DNA from: a virus
Taxonomy: Duplodnaviria > Caudoviricetes
IMG/VR virus record: IMGVR_UViG_3300020172_002336
Span: 1-62,525 of that record
DNA length: 62,525 nucleotides
Strand: one strand, 5' to 3'
In this document: positions 1 to 9,013 of the stretch, one piece after another
Numbering within the stretch: the stretch's first letter is position 1
Layout of the letters: each line of letters starts with the position of its first letter
Program-made: the position numbers and the translations under genes
Notes under the pieces: generated by a model
Told to the model about the DNA's origin: nothing
What the model saw: the letters and a program-made list of their open reading frames with translations, nothing else
The model's database searches: none

Positions 1-61
1 ACGGCAACGGCAACGGTGACGGCGACGGCAACGGTGACGGCGACGGTGACGGCAATGGCAA
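1..61 (+). repeat. 61-nt direct terminal overlap (identical to 62465-62525); probably assembly circularisation overlap
   Basis: 1-61 is identical to 62465-62525; joining them restores an in-frame 73-aa ORF. The same 61-mer also occurs at 183-243. Confidence 0.8.
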
Positions 62-140
62 CGGCTACGGCTACGGCTACGGCCACGGCGATGCCGGCAA
101 CGGCTTATCAAAAGAAGACCCAGAACAATGGTGGGCGTGA
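1..140 (+). CDS. Gly-X repeat peptide 3, 3' part (starts at 62383 across the junction)
   Basis: Reads ...GNGDGDG...GYGHGDAGNGLSKEDPEQWWA-stop (TGA 138-140), overlapping the next ATG at 140. Confidence 0.7.
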   Translation, partial: GNGNGDGDGNGDGDGDGNGNGYGYGYGHGDAGNGLSKEDPEQWWA

Positions 141-364
141 TGCTGTTCCGATACGGCTTCGGCTTCGGCGACGGCTACGGCTACGGCAACGGCAACGGTG
201 ACGGCGACGGCAACGGTGACGGCGACGGTGACGGCAATGGCAACGGCTACGGCTACGGCCACGGCGATGCCGGCAACGGCTACGGCGGCACCGCCAACGG
301 CAACGGCAACGGCAACGGCGATGGCGGCGACGGTTCCCCTAAAGATCAAGAACAGAGGTGGTGA
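140..364 (+). CDS. Gly-X repeat peptide 4 (74 aa)
   Basis: MLFRYGFGFGDGYGYG...GDGSPKDQEQRW; TGATG coupling; paralogous ends to the other three units. Confidence 0.75.
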   Translation: MLFRYGFGFGDGYGYGNGNGDGDGNGDGDGDGNGNGYGYGHGDAGNGYGGTANGNGNGNGDGGDGSPKDQEQRW

Positions 365-365
365 A

Positions 366-641
366 ATGAAATACGACATGGCAATTGTAGTGCTCACCAA
401 TCGCTTCGTGTATGTGGGCGAAGTCGACGTGGTCGACAAAAAAGAACTCGGCACGTGGGTGCGTCTCACGGCTGCTCGTAACGTTCGCGTCTGGGGGACG
501 GATAAGGGTCTCGGTCAGTTGGCCGGGGGACCCACTTCCAAGACCGTGCTGGATGTATCCGGCACCGTTTGGGCACCGATGCTGGCTGTTGTCCACATCA
601 TCGAGTGCGACGCTGCCAAGTGGCGTGCCAAGCGCTCGTAA
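366..641 (+). CDS. DUF6948-like small beta protein (possibly Sm-like fold)
   Basis: IVVLTNRFVYVG...RLTAARNVRVWGTDKGLGQLA.GP...TVLD...IIEC pattern recalled from phage proteins that neighbour Gly-rich ORFs; ATG 1 nt after the upstream stop, GAGGTGG SD. Confidence 0.7.
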   Translation: MKYDMAIVVLTNRFVYVGEVDVVDKKELGTWVRLTAARNVRVWGTDKGLGQLAGGPTSKTVLDVSGTVWAPMLAVVHIIECDAAKWRAKRS

Positions 642-656
642 CCCGTGGGGGTAACG

Positions 657-1112
657 ATGAGTTACACATCCTCGTGGTCGATCCAGTTCGAGGTGTCTGA
701 TCGACACTTCACACTACTCACCAACATGATAGACGCCATAAACGAGGTTGTCGGCGAAGCTACCGACGTTGATGGCGTATTGAAGGCACGCTATCCGACG
801 CTCGACTTAACCATCGAATGGCACACCATACTCTCGTACGAACGTATCGAGCGAGACATATTAATATACAACGACGACTGCGACGGCGGCTCAGACGAAG
901 GCGCCGAGATCGTGCGCGCGTTCTTGCGGCAACACGATCTACCGACGCGTGTCGGTTTTATCTGCGGGTGGACGGACAGGAACGAGGGCGGTGGCGCGGC
1001 TTACCACATCACCAAGCACGGCATCGCGTGGAAGAACCTCTACACCGTGCTCGATGAACTTTTTACAGCCAACGAGATCGACTGGCAAAACAATCCACAG
1101 ATACCTACTTGA
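657..1112 (+). CDS. Hypothetical protein
   Basis: ORF in tightly packed + strand operon; ATG follows palindrome at 639. Confidence 0.7.
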   Translation: MSYTSSWSIQFEVSDRHFTLLTNMIDAINEVVGEATDVDGVLKARYPTLDLTIEWHTILSYERIERDILIYNDDCDGGSDEGAEIVRAFLRQHDLPTRVGFICGWTDRNEGGGAAYHITKHGIAWKNLYTVLDELFTANEIDWQNNPQIPT

Positions 1113-1137
1113 CACCCGCAGGGTAATGGTCTACTAT
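1101..1137 (+). promoter_or_regulatory. Sigma70-type promoter with conserved ATACCTAC leader
   Basis: ATACCTAC overlapping TTGACA (1109-1114), 17-bp spacer, TACTAT (1132-1137). Confidence 0.75.
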
Positions 1138-1165
1138 CACCAATGATAAATGGGGGAGTACCCTA

Positions 1166-1618
1166 ATGACTAACGCTCTGATCTTGCCGTTTACCTTCGA
1201 GGGTAAGTGGCGCGGGGGGCCGCTGCAGGTTCAGTGGGATCGCATCCCGGTAACCTACGCTGTACGCCACGAACCCACGCGCACGATCTATTTCGGATCC
1301 TCGGGCAACGCCGCGGTCGCGTTCTATAGCTGGTACCAGCGCCTGCGGGGCCTCAACACCCAGCCGCGCCTGAGTCCAGCCCTGCGCGCTGTCTACACCA
1401 AGCGCGACGACTTCATATTCATCGTGCTCAAGACGTGGGAGCGCGGCGAGTTGGCTCATGAGGCGGCACAGTTGGCGCTGGACTACATCAAGAAGCTCCG
1501 CGACATGCGCCCCGACAAGCTGCTCAACATGGACAGCACTGGCAAGGAGCGCGAGTTCTGGCTTGCCTGTACACCACCGGAGAACCTGCCCCCCGTTCAA
1601 CACGGTAAGTATCTATAA
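1166..1618 (+). CDS. Degenerate GIY-YIG-like protein
   Basis: VTYAVRHEPTRTIYFGSSGN resembles GIY-x10-YIG-S-x-N; expected catalytic Arg not evident. Confidence 0.5.
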   Translation: MTNALILPFTFEGKWRGGPLQVQWDRIPVTYAVRHEPTRTIYFGSSGNAAVAFYSWYQRLRGLNTQPRLSPALRAVYTKRDDFIFIVLKTWERGELAHEAAQLALDYIKKLRDMRPDKLLNMDSTGKEREFWLACTPPENLPPVQHGKYL

Positions 1619-1740
1619 CGCGATATTGGGCGTTACCCGGAGGGGTAACGGTCAGCAGTTTGTTTCCCCCAACGTAACTGTTGATGGGCGTGTCTGGAAA
1701 ATGGCACGCCCCCCAATCCCTGTTTAAAAGGACCCTAACG

Positions 1741-2136
1741 ATGGCTCTCGCTACTCCGATGTTCACTATGATCGGCCGCACGATTGTTGCGATCGAAGGT
1801 GGTTGTGTTGGTTCTGAGAGAATCATCTTCCGGTGCTCCGCGGGCGAAGTGTTCAGTTTGTCCCATACCCAAGACTGCTGCGAAAGTGTCGAGGTCAACG
1901 AGATCATCGGGGACATTGAAGATCTCATCGGCTCCCCGTTGGTTGAAGCCGAAGAAGTCTCAAATTACGAAGGCCCCGAAGTCGATGCCGAAAGCTACAC
2001 GTGGACGTTCTATAAGTTCGGCACGGCCAAGGGGTTCGTGACGATCCGTTGGCTGGGCCAGAGCAACGGCTACTACAGCGAGAGCGTGTCGTTCGATGTG
2101 GTCAATCTACAGCGCACCCCAATGGCATGGAGATAA
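1741..2136 (+). CDS. Conserved phage protein (DUF7448-like)
   Basis: HTQDCCESV...GDIEDLIGSPL..AEE...TWTFYK..T.KG.VTIRW.G.SNGYYSE signature. Confidence 0.75.
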   Translation: MALATPMFTMIGRTIVAIEGGCVGSERIIFRCSAGEVFSLSHTQDCCESVEVNEIIGDIEDLIGSPLVEAEEVSNYEGPEVDAESYTWTFYKFGTAKGFVTIRWLGQSNGYYSESVSFDVVNLQRTPMAWR

Positions 2137-2138
2137 CT

Positions 2139-2594
2139 ATGGCCGATGTCGCCCTCCTCGAAGTGCTGCTGTCGTTGGCCGATAAACTGGCTGCTGACAG
2201 CGCGCCAGTGGACGGTAATGGGTGGGTCAAGTTCGACGCCGAGGGTAACGTCGTCACCGCTGATCTTGCGTGGTACGCCTGCGACGAGCCAGTGTTCCAA
2301 GCGCTGGGCTTGCGCAAGTACGTGCTGAACCACGCAGCCACCGGCAAGCCCGTGTGGGGCGAGCCGCGCATCGGCCCCAAACAAGGGTGGTGCCCTGTCG
2401 GCACGGGGGCGATGCAGACGCTGTTCAGTCTGACGCGCGACGAGGCCGAGTACATTTTCGGGGCCGACGACATGAAGATTTTGGAACTGGAAGGATGGGA
2501 GACGGTCGAGGGTGGTATATACCCCGACGTCGACTACTCGATCCGCGGAGTTACCGAACGCCTACGCCGGGTGATTGATGGCGGTATCGAGTAA
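2139..2594 (+). CDS. Hypothetical protein
   Basis: GGAG SD, ATG 2 nt after upstream stop. Confidence 0.7.
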   Translation: MADVALLEVLLSLADKLAADSAPVDGNGWVKFDAEGNVVTADLAWYACDEPVFQALGLRKYVLNHAATGKPVWGEPRIGPKQGWCPVGTGAMQTLFSLTRDEAEYIFGADDMKILELEGWETVEGGIYPDVDYSIRGVTERLRRVIDGGIE

Positions 2595-2608
2595 CCTAGA
2601 GAGGTAAT

Positions 2609-2800
2609 ATGGCAGAGTTTGCACGTATCAAACGGTTCGTCGCGCCGGGGGTGCTGCCCCGTGGCGTCGTTGCCGAGTTCGACAAGGACAAGAACCTGCT
2701 GCGCATTGACGAGCAGTTCTACAATAACGCTTCCAACAAACTTCAACACCAGATCTGGCGCACGGAAGCGTCGCTGGAGATCAAACCCAAGGGGCGGTGA
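2609..2800 (+). CDS. Hypothetical protein
   Basis: GAGGT SD inside the palindrome; operon packing. Confidence 0.65.
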   Translation: MAEFARIKRFVAPGVLPRGVVAEFDKDKNLLRIDEQFYNNASNKLQHQIWRTEASLEIKPKGR

Positions 2801-2991
2801 TGGGCGCTCAAAAAACTTGGAACCCTAAAGCACGCTGGCAACCAGAGCGTGAAGGCCCGGTCTGGGAGGCGTTCCTGAAATGGTTCAAAAACACCAACAT
2901 AGAAGCACAGCGCCGCTCAGTTGCGTGGAAAGCGTTCCACGCTTCATGGGTGCTGTTCGGAAAGCAAGTACCCCCTAACCTGCCGGGGTAA
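2797..2991 (+). CDS. Hypothetical Trp-rich small protein
   Basis: Overlapping stop/start with upstream gene. Confidence 0.6.
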   Translation: MMGAQKTWNPKARWQPEREGPVWEAFLKWFKNTNIEAQRRSVAWKAFHASWVLFGKQVPPNLPG

Positions 2992-3039
2992 TGGCAGTAA
3001 CCTACACCACACCAAAACATCAAGCTGTGAGAGGCGAAA

Positions 3040-4167
3040 ATGTACCTTAGTCAACTGCGCAAAGAGATCGAGACCTACTTCGACATCGGCCTGACGGTGG
3101 AACTCCAGAGTCCTCCGGGCGTTGGCAAGTCGGATTGGGTCGAGAACCTCGCTGCCGAACTGTCCGAACGTGACGGCTTCGAGTGGGGCTACGGCCGGGC
3201 GTTCCTCGGCACCTACACCCCGATCGACCTGATGGGCTACATGATCCCCGTCAAGCGAAAGGTCGTGGTCGACGGCGTCGAGACCGAGACCATGGTGTCG
3301 GAGTACACGCTCCCGCCGTGGTACTTCTCCGTCGACGGTCGCCCCCTGAACTCCTTCAAGAAGGCGATACTCCTGATGGACGAGTACGGTCAGGGCGAGC
3401 CGGACGTCAAGAAGACCGCTGCTGACCTGCGCCTGCACAAGCGCATCGGGCCGCACCAGTTGGCCGACAGCGTGAACATCATTTGCGCGTCCAACCGCGC
3501 CAAGGATCGCTCGGGCGTCACGAAGTCGTTCGACTTCGAGATCAACCGTGTCGCCTACCTGAACGTCGAGCCGGACTTCGGGTCGTGGGAAGCGTGGGCA
3601 TCGAAGCAGCGCATCGAGCCGATCTTCATTCTGTTCGCGCGCAAGTACCCTAACCTGATCTTCAACGGCGATGTGCCCAAGGATCAGGGACCGTTCTGCA
3701 CGCCGCGCTCGTACGTCGCCGCCATCAAGATGATCCGTGGCCGCGCCGAGATGATGAAGCGGCTCGGCATCACCTCTGCGGGTAACTACGGCTTCGCCGA
3801 CCAGAACGAGGGCGCCATCGTGCAGGAGCAACTCAACGGCATCATCGGTGAGGCTGCCAGCGTGCAGATGGCCGGGTGGATGCGCATGCGGCTGGAGACG
3901 CCCGACTACGCCGACATCGTCCTCAACCCCAAGACGGTCGACATGCCGTCGAAGCCCGACGCCAAGATGCTGGTCTGCTACGAGTGCGCCTACCACGTCA
4001 CGGCGGCTCAGATGGCCCCGGTCATCGAGTTCATCAAGCGCATGCCCCCGGAGTTCCACGTGACGTTCGCCAAGACGGCGGTCAAGCGTGACCACCGGCT
4101 GCTGATCCAGCAGGACATGCACGCTTTTATCAAGAACAATACCGCCTTGCTCAACGCCATCGGATAA
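3040..4167 (+). CDS. AAA+ ATPase (MoxR/dynein-related type)
   Basis: Walker A SPPGVGKS, Walker B ILLMDE, sensor ASNR..D, TPRS motif; partner vWA gene downstream. Confidence 0.9.
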   Translation: MYLSQLRKEIETYFDIGLTVELQSPPGVGKSDWVENLAAELSERDGFEWGYGRAFLGTYTPIDLMGYMIPVKRKVVVDGVETETMVSEYTLPPWYFSVDGRPLNSFKKAILLMDEYGQGEPDVKKTAADLRLHKRIGPHQLADSVNIICASNRAKDRSGVTKSFDFEINRVAYLNVEPDFGSWEAWASKQRIEPIFILFARKYPNLIFNGDVPKDQGPFCTPRSYVAAIKMIRGRAEMMKRLGITSAGNYGFADQNEGAIVQEQLNGIIGEAASVQMAGWMRMRLETPDYADIVLNPKTVDMPSKPDAKMLVCYECAYHVTAAQMAPVIEFIKRMPPEFHVTFAKTAVKRDHRLLIQQDMHAFIKNNTALLNAIG

Positions 4168-4212
4168 CATACCATGGGCAGTGTTGCCCATTAATATGTA
4201 ACCGAGGTCGTT

Positions 4213-4722
4213 ATGCCCCACATATCCCCTCTTAAACTAGACCTGCACGGGCGCATCGCCTTCATGACTGGAGAACGGTACGGCCCGCTGCAGTGTCTAT
4301 CGTGGCGGGGTGGAACCAAGGGTGACGCGCGGATCAACAACGCGTACCCCACTATCATGTTCAAAGGGCAATCCTACCGCGTTAGTCGAGTGGTGCTGGA
4401 ACGCAAGCTAGGCCGTCCAATGAGACCCGGGACGTTCGCCTGCCATACCTGCGATGACAGCATGTGTATCGCAATGGAGCACCTATACGAGGGCACGCCC
4501 CAACAAAACACCGCCGACATGCGGTCGCGCGGTCGGCACTTCGACAATCGTGGCGAGAAGCACCCTAACGCGAAACTGACTGCTGAGACCGCCGCAGAAA
4601 TTCGACGGTTGCGGGGCGTGGTATCGCATCGAAAACTAGCCGCCCAATTCGGGGTGTCTCCCGGCGCGGTAGCGAGTGTTCTTTACGGCAAAACGTGGCG
4701 AGTAACTAACCCTCAAAGGTAA
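4213..4722 (+). CDS. Free-standing HNH homing endonuclease with C-terminal HTH
   Basis: ACHTCDDSMC...HLYEGTPQQNTADM..RGR, GEKHPNAKLT...EIR and LAAQFGVS HTH. Confidence 0.88.
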   Translation: MPHISPLKLDLHGRIAFMTGERYGPLQCLSWRGGTKGDARINNAYPTIMFKGQSYRVSRVVLERKLGRPMRPGTFACHTCDDSMCIAMEHLYEGTPQQNTADMRSRGRHFDNRGEKHPNAKLTAETAAEIRRLRGVVSHRKLAAQFGVSPGAVASVLYGKTWRVTNPQR

Positions 4723-4735
4723 TAAGGAGAGAAAG

Positions 4736-5002
4736 ATGGCACAGCGTGAGTTCACCCTGCAGATCAGGGTATCGTCCGACGACACGACGGTCTTCGACAC
4801 GGTCAAGCTGCTGATGATCCGGCAGTGTCAGGAATTGTTTGCGCACTGCCTGATCGTTGCGGGCAACTCGGCGCAGAAGCCCGACATCAAGCTGTTCAGC
4901 GACGACTGGATCGCCGGTCAGGAAGAAATCGAGCACGAGGCGTCCAAGATCGGCAATGCGCCCGCGCCGGGTGGCGACGACCCGGACGACAAGGTCCTCT
5001 AA
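4736..5002 (+). CDS. Hypothetical protein
   Basis: AAGGAG SD, typical codon bias. Confidence 0.75.
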   Translation: MAQREFTLQIRVSSDDTTVFDTVKLLMIRQCQELFAHCLIVAGNSAQKPDIKLFSDDWIAGQEEIEHEASKIGNAPAPGGDDPDDKVL

Positions 5003-5017
5003 CCTCTCCGGGTAACG

Positions 5018-5335
5018 ATGGCCTATAAAGACCCACTGTACCGCACGGGGAGTTGGACTATCGACCCCGTGGGTCAGTATGCGGTGACGGCGTGGAAGAT
5101 GATCCACAACGTCCCCGGCTCATACGTGCTGCACGACATCATGTGCTGGCGGCAGACCTACAAGGAAGCCGTTGAATGGCGCACTGGCGTCGGGATGCGT
5201 ATGCTCGACACTGGAGAGAAAGGCAACGGCATCGTTTGGCTGAACGAACAGGCGGGGAACCTGATACTCATCAGGCGTTCCCCATTCTTCTCGCTACTCG
5301 GCCATATCGAGTGGCGCGGCGTCAACGTACTCTAA
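5018..5335 (+). CDS. Hypothetical protein
   Basis: ATG after palindrome at 5000. Confidence 0.7.
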   Translation: MAYKDPLYRTGSWTIDPVGQYAVTAWKMIHNVPGSYVLHDIMCWRQTYKEAVEWRTGVGMRMLDTGEKGNGIVWLNEQAGNLILIRRSPFFSLLGHIEWRGVNVL

Positions 5336-5397
5336 CAACACGGTTGACACCTAGACCGTCGGGCTTTATCCATGACAGCGAAACATGGAGTAAGCCA

Positions 5398-5808
5398 GTG
5401 GCGCATAAAGACCCTGAAAAACGGCGCAAATATCATAGTGAATGGATGAAAAGACACCCCGGCTACGGGACTGCAGCAAGCAGGAAAAGCCGTGCAAAAA
5501 TGGGCGTCGAACAAGTGCGAGCCTACACACGACAGCAGACGCGTTCGTGGACGATCAGAGTGCGCCACGGCATGACTATAGAACAGTACCAAGCGTTGCT
5601 TACCCTACAAGGTAACGCCTGCGCCACGTGCAGTTCGGACAATCCGGGTAATGGTCGCGATTGGCGTATCGACCACTGCCACACAACAAAGAAGGTGCGC
5701 GGCCTACTCTGCCATGCGTGCAACGTCGCTCTGGGCCTTATCAAAGATAACAAAACTACTCTGCACAACATGCTCAACTATTTGGAGAGACCCCCATGGA
5801 CTTCGTAG
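5398..5808 (+). CDS. Endonuclease VII-family (His-Me) endonuclease
   Basis: QGNACATC...IDHCHTTKKVRGLLCHACNVALG; GTG start with GGAG SD; more AT-rich than flanks. Confidence 0.88.
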   Translation: MAHKDPEKRRKYHSEWMKRHPGYGTAASRKSRAKMGVEQVRAYTRQQTRSWTIRVRHGMTIEQYQALLTLQGNACATCSSDNPGNGRDWRIDHCHTTKKVRGLLCHACNVALGLIKDNKTTLHNMLNYLERPPWTS

Positions 5809-7088
5809 AAATCGAACTGGACGCTGTCCATCAGAAGGCATGGTATCAAACGAGATCGGCTCTGTTGTGGATGGCTCCCGGCTTCTCTCACGTATTCTAC
5901 GTGATGTTGAATAGCAAAGGTAACGAGACGATCGTCTACTTCACTCGTGACATCAAGACCATGGCCACCGACGGCGCGTGTATCATGGCCAACCCGGAGT
6001 TTTTCTTCGGATTGCCGCTGATGGAGCGCGTGTTCGGCCTCGCCCACGAAATCGGCCACGCCATCATGGATCACTGCGCGACCGGATACAAACTTCAACA
6101 GCAGGAGTATCTCGTTACCTCCAAGGGTAAGCGCCTCGCGTACGACGGCGAGACTGCCAATTGGGCGCAGGACTACATCATCAACGACCTCCTGATTAAG
6201 TCCAAGATCGGCAAGTTCAACCCGGACTGGCTGCACGACGAGAAGCTCGGCTCTTGCGACGAGGCGTGGCCCGACGTGTACGAGAAGATCTACGATCCCA
6301 AGAAGACCGGCAAGAAGGGGGGCCCCGGCTCGGGCAAGGGCACGCAGTTCGACCAGCACCTGCAGCCGGGCGCGGTGCAGGGCAAGGACCCGCAGACGGC
6401 CACGCAGCAGCGGTCGGCGCAGGCGTGGAAGAACGCCATCGCCGCGGCAGCGGCCATCCAGAAGGAAGCAGCCAAGGGACGCGGCGACGGCAGCGACGCC
6501 ATGTCGAAGTTCTTCGGGCAGTTCCTTGAGCCTTACGTGTCGTGGATGGACCAGATCACGGCCTCAATGGCGCGCAAGGTTGGCTCAGGCAGCTACGACT
6601 ACCGCCGTGCCGACCGGAGGCTCATCCTCAGGGACATCTTCGCGCCCTCAAGGTCGGGTCATGGTGCTGGTACTATCGTGGTGGCTGTCGATAGCTCGGG
6701 ATCCATCTACAGCGTGCCCAAGCTGATCGAGCGGTTCTTCGCCGAGACTTCGGGCGTGCTCGCTGACCTCAAGCCCCGCAAGATCTGGCTGCTGTGGTGC
6801 GACGCAGCGATCGCCCGCGTTGACGAAATCAACGACGAGATGGACCTGATGCACGCAGCCCGCAAGGGTGCCGCGGGTGGCGGCGGCACGCGCTTTGAGC
6901 CCGTCTTTGAGTGGATCGAGGAACAGGAGATCACCGACATCGACGCGGTGATCTACCTGACCGACGGTGAGGGGTCCTTCCCCAAGGAAGCCCCTGACTA
7001 TCACGTCATCTGGGGCGACGTGTCGGGCGGCAGCGTCAAGTATCCGTTCGGTGACGTCATCCAGATTCCCAACGACGGCACCGCCTAA
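5796..7088 (+). CDS. DUF2201-type metallopeptidase + vWA domain protein
   Basis: TMATDG, HEIGH (HExxH), N.AQDYIIN, MIDAS DSSGS, GGGGTRF, LTDG. Confidence 0.9.
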   Translation: MDFVEIELDAVHQKAWYQTRSALLWMAPGFSHVFYVMLNSKGNETIVYFTRDIKTMATDGACIMANPEFFFGLPLMERVFGLAHEIGHAIMDHCATGYKLQQQEYLVTSKGKRLAYDGETANWAQDYIINDLLIKSKIGKFNPDWLHDEKLGSCDEAWPDVYEKIYDPKKTGKKGGPGSGKGTQFDQHLQPGAVQGKDPQTATQQRSAQAWKNAIAAAAAIQKEAAKGRGDGSDAMSKFFGQFLEPYVSWMDQITASMARKVGSGSYDYRRADRRLILRDIFAPSRSGHGAGTIVVAVDSSGSIYSVPKLIERFFAETSGVLADLKPRKIWLLWCDAAIARVDEINDEMDLMHAARKGAAGGGGTRFEPVFEWIEEQEITDIDAVIYLTDGEGSFPKEAPDYHVIWGDVSGGSVKYPFGDVIQIPNDGTA

Positions 7089-7103
7089 CCTGCTGGGGTA
7101 ACG

Positions 7104-7343
7104 ATGTTCGCCACATGGGCGCTGCTCGCTTACGAAGACCACGGACTAGGAGTGTTCGCTGCGGTCGAGATGATTGAGCACGGGCGCACCCCTGCCGATC
7201 TTGCCCTACAGAAACGCGTAGTGCAGGGCCAGAAAAAACGCAAAGAACAAACTCTGCTCATCATGCGAGCGCCGTTCAAGAGACACATACACGCCATCGA
7301 GTGGCGCGCTGACTACAGCGTGGTCGTCAAACAACAGAGGTAA
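7104..7343 (+). CDS. Hypothetical protein
   Basis: ATG after palindrome at 7086. Confidence 0.6.
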   Translation: MFATWALLAYEDHGLGVFAAVEMIEHGRTPADLALQKRVVQGQKKRKEQTLLIMRAPFKRHIHAIEWRADYSVVVKQQR

Positions 7344-7345
7344 CG

Positions 7346-8173
7346 ATGAGATCCAAAAACGAGAACAAGCGCCCCTTCAAGGTGTTCCGCGAGTTGAGCG
7401 ACCCGATCAAGGAGCAGTTCGGGTGGCTTGCCAACGTCACGGCTCGCAAGTTCAAGCCGGTCGGCATCGAGACCGAGCACGTGATCGACTTGTGCGTGAA
7501 CAAGTCCGATCAGGATTGCCTGCGAGCGGCGTGGGATATGTGCCAAAACCGAATAAGTCCTAAATGGCAGGAGGAGTGCAAGTGCATCGTCGCTGGCGAA
7601 GGTCTCGTGCAGCACGTTATCGCGTCTTTCCTCGTCTCCCGCGAGGGCCACTCCAACTACGTTCTGAACCCTGATTATGCAGTTGCCCCGCAAGCGCCTA
7701 TCGAGAGCGCCCCCGCCGAGTTATCCGCCAAGATGGCCGACGACATTAACCAGTGGCTCAACATCGTGCGCGACATCACTATGGCCAAGGAAGTGTTCAC
7801 GGCACTGGACGACCAGTACCCCATACGAAGCCGAGAGCAACTGCGGTATGTGTTTCCAGCCGTCGTGCCGCTGCTGCGTCGCGTCGCGACGTCGCCGGGG
7901 TACCAAGGCACGCCGATCGGCAAGGAAGCTGCTAAGTGGGCGGCCAACCTCGCCAACCCACTTCCGGCGCACCACTGGAGTCCAGACCCCTCGATGCGCG
8001 AGGCGCTGCAGCTTGCAAACTCAACCGTGGCAATGGTGTCACTCTACGATGACACGCCGTACGTCAAGCAACCGCATCAAGCCGACATTCGGCTTTTCGT
8101 TCGGGACGGCGCTACTATTTTTCATCCGCTGTGGCCGATGAAAGCGTTAACTATGTTGGGCCTTGCGCCGTAA
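7346..8173 (+). CDS. Hypothetical protein
   Basis: 275-aa ORF in operon, GAGGT SD. Confidence 0.75.
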   Translation: MRSKNENKRPFKVFRELSDPIKEQFGWLANVTARKFKPVGIETEHVIDLCVNKSDQDCLRAAWDMCQNRISPKWQEECKCIVAGEGLVQHVIASFLVSREGHSNYVLNPDYAVAPQAPIESAPAELSAKMADDINQWLNIVRDITMAKEVFTALDDQYPIRSREQLRYVFPAVVPLLRRVATSPGYQGTPIGKEAAKWAANLANPLPAHHWSPDPSMREALQLANSTVAMVSLYDDTPYVKQPHQADIRLFVRDGATIFHPLWPMKALTMLGLAP

Positions 8174-8193
8174 CCTTACCCTAGGAGGTAACG

Positions 8194-8463
8194 ATGGCGA
8201 GAATGTACGGCTCTGTTCAGGGCAATCGCGGCAACGCGCATCGGCTCGGGCACAACAAGATGACAACCTACTGCGCCACCACATCGGGCGCGATCAGGTG
8301 CGAAGCGTTCATCGGCCCCAAAGGCCAAGATTACGTGCTCGTGTCCATGGAGCCTTGGCAGGGGGCGGGCATGCACCGCACCATCTACCGCGGCCCCATC
8401 GGCAAGTTCACGAGGGCGACGTTCGGCGAAGAAGTTGAGTGGAAGGAAGGAGAGCAAGCATGA
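8194..8463 (+). CDS. Hypothetical phage protein
   Basis: AGGAGGT SD in the palindrome; MARMYGSVQGNRG.A.RLG start. Confidence 0.75.
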   Translation: MARMYGSVQGNRGNAHRLGHNKMTTYCATTSGAIRCEAFIGPKGQDYVLVSMEPWQGAGMHRTIYRGPIGKFTRATFGEEVEWKEGEQA

Positions 8464-8744
8464 CCACGATGGCAGAGGCACTGCAGATCATCAGCGGCGT
8501 GTCGTTCAGCGACATGTCGGCACCGCACGCCGAGAAGGTGGCGGCGTTCTTGGAGCGCGCTACGGCTGAAATCACCGACCGCGAAGCTGCCGTGACCAAG
8601 CGCGAGCGCGTCGTGAACGACCGCGAGGCTGCCGTCCAGCTTCGCGAGAACAACGCTGAGGCGCGGCTCAAGGCGCTGGACAGCTACACCCGCGTGCAGA
8701 ACGCCCTGCAGCCCCGGCAGAAGTCGTGGCTGCGTCGGGGTTGA
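8460..8744 (+). CDS. Hypothetical coiled-coil protein
   Basis: ATGA overlap, AAGGAG SD, DREAAV repeats. Confidence 0.7.
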   Translation: MTTMAEALQIISGVSFSDMSAPHAEKVAAFLERATAEITDREAAVTKRERVVNDREAAVQLRENNAEARLKALDSYTRVQNALQPRQKSWLRRG

Positions 8745-9013
8745 TGTGGGTACACGCGGCCTACGCATGGAGCGATGGCTGTTGGCACTTAATAAAGCCA
8801 ACCGCTACATTCGTGACTGTGTCTTCGGACGCCGACACACTTACCCACAATCCGCTCAGGCGGGTGTTCCCGTTCCCGTGCTACGTGACGTTGGAGTTCA
8901 AGTACAAGTTCGACCTGCCGGATCGAAGAACGGAGGTTCAATGGCGTACCACGGATGCGCCTACTGGCGACAAGACACCCGCACCCCCGGCGTCATTCGC
9001 TGGGAAGTTATAG
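8744..9013 (+). CDS. Hypothetical protein
   Basis: TGATG coupling to upstream gene. Confidence 0.55.
   Translation: MWVHAAYAWSDGCWHLIKPTATFVTVSSDADTLTHNPLRRVFPFPCYVTLEFKYKFDLPDRRTEVQWRTTDAPTGDKTPAPPASFAGKL

Noticed and set aside
1-61. Biological terminal repeat
   Set aside because: Lies inside a low-complexity coding repeat and also occurs at 183-243; more likely an assembler overlap, so exact array length is uncertain
16-469. ORFs reading TATATV, VAVAV or RRLRLR over the repeat (also 61933-62354 minus)
   Set aside because: Alternative frames of the GGC-NNC hexamer repeat; only the Gly frame has conserved termini and coupled starts
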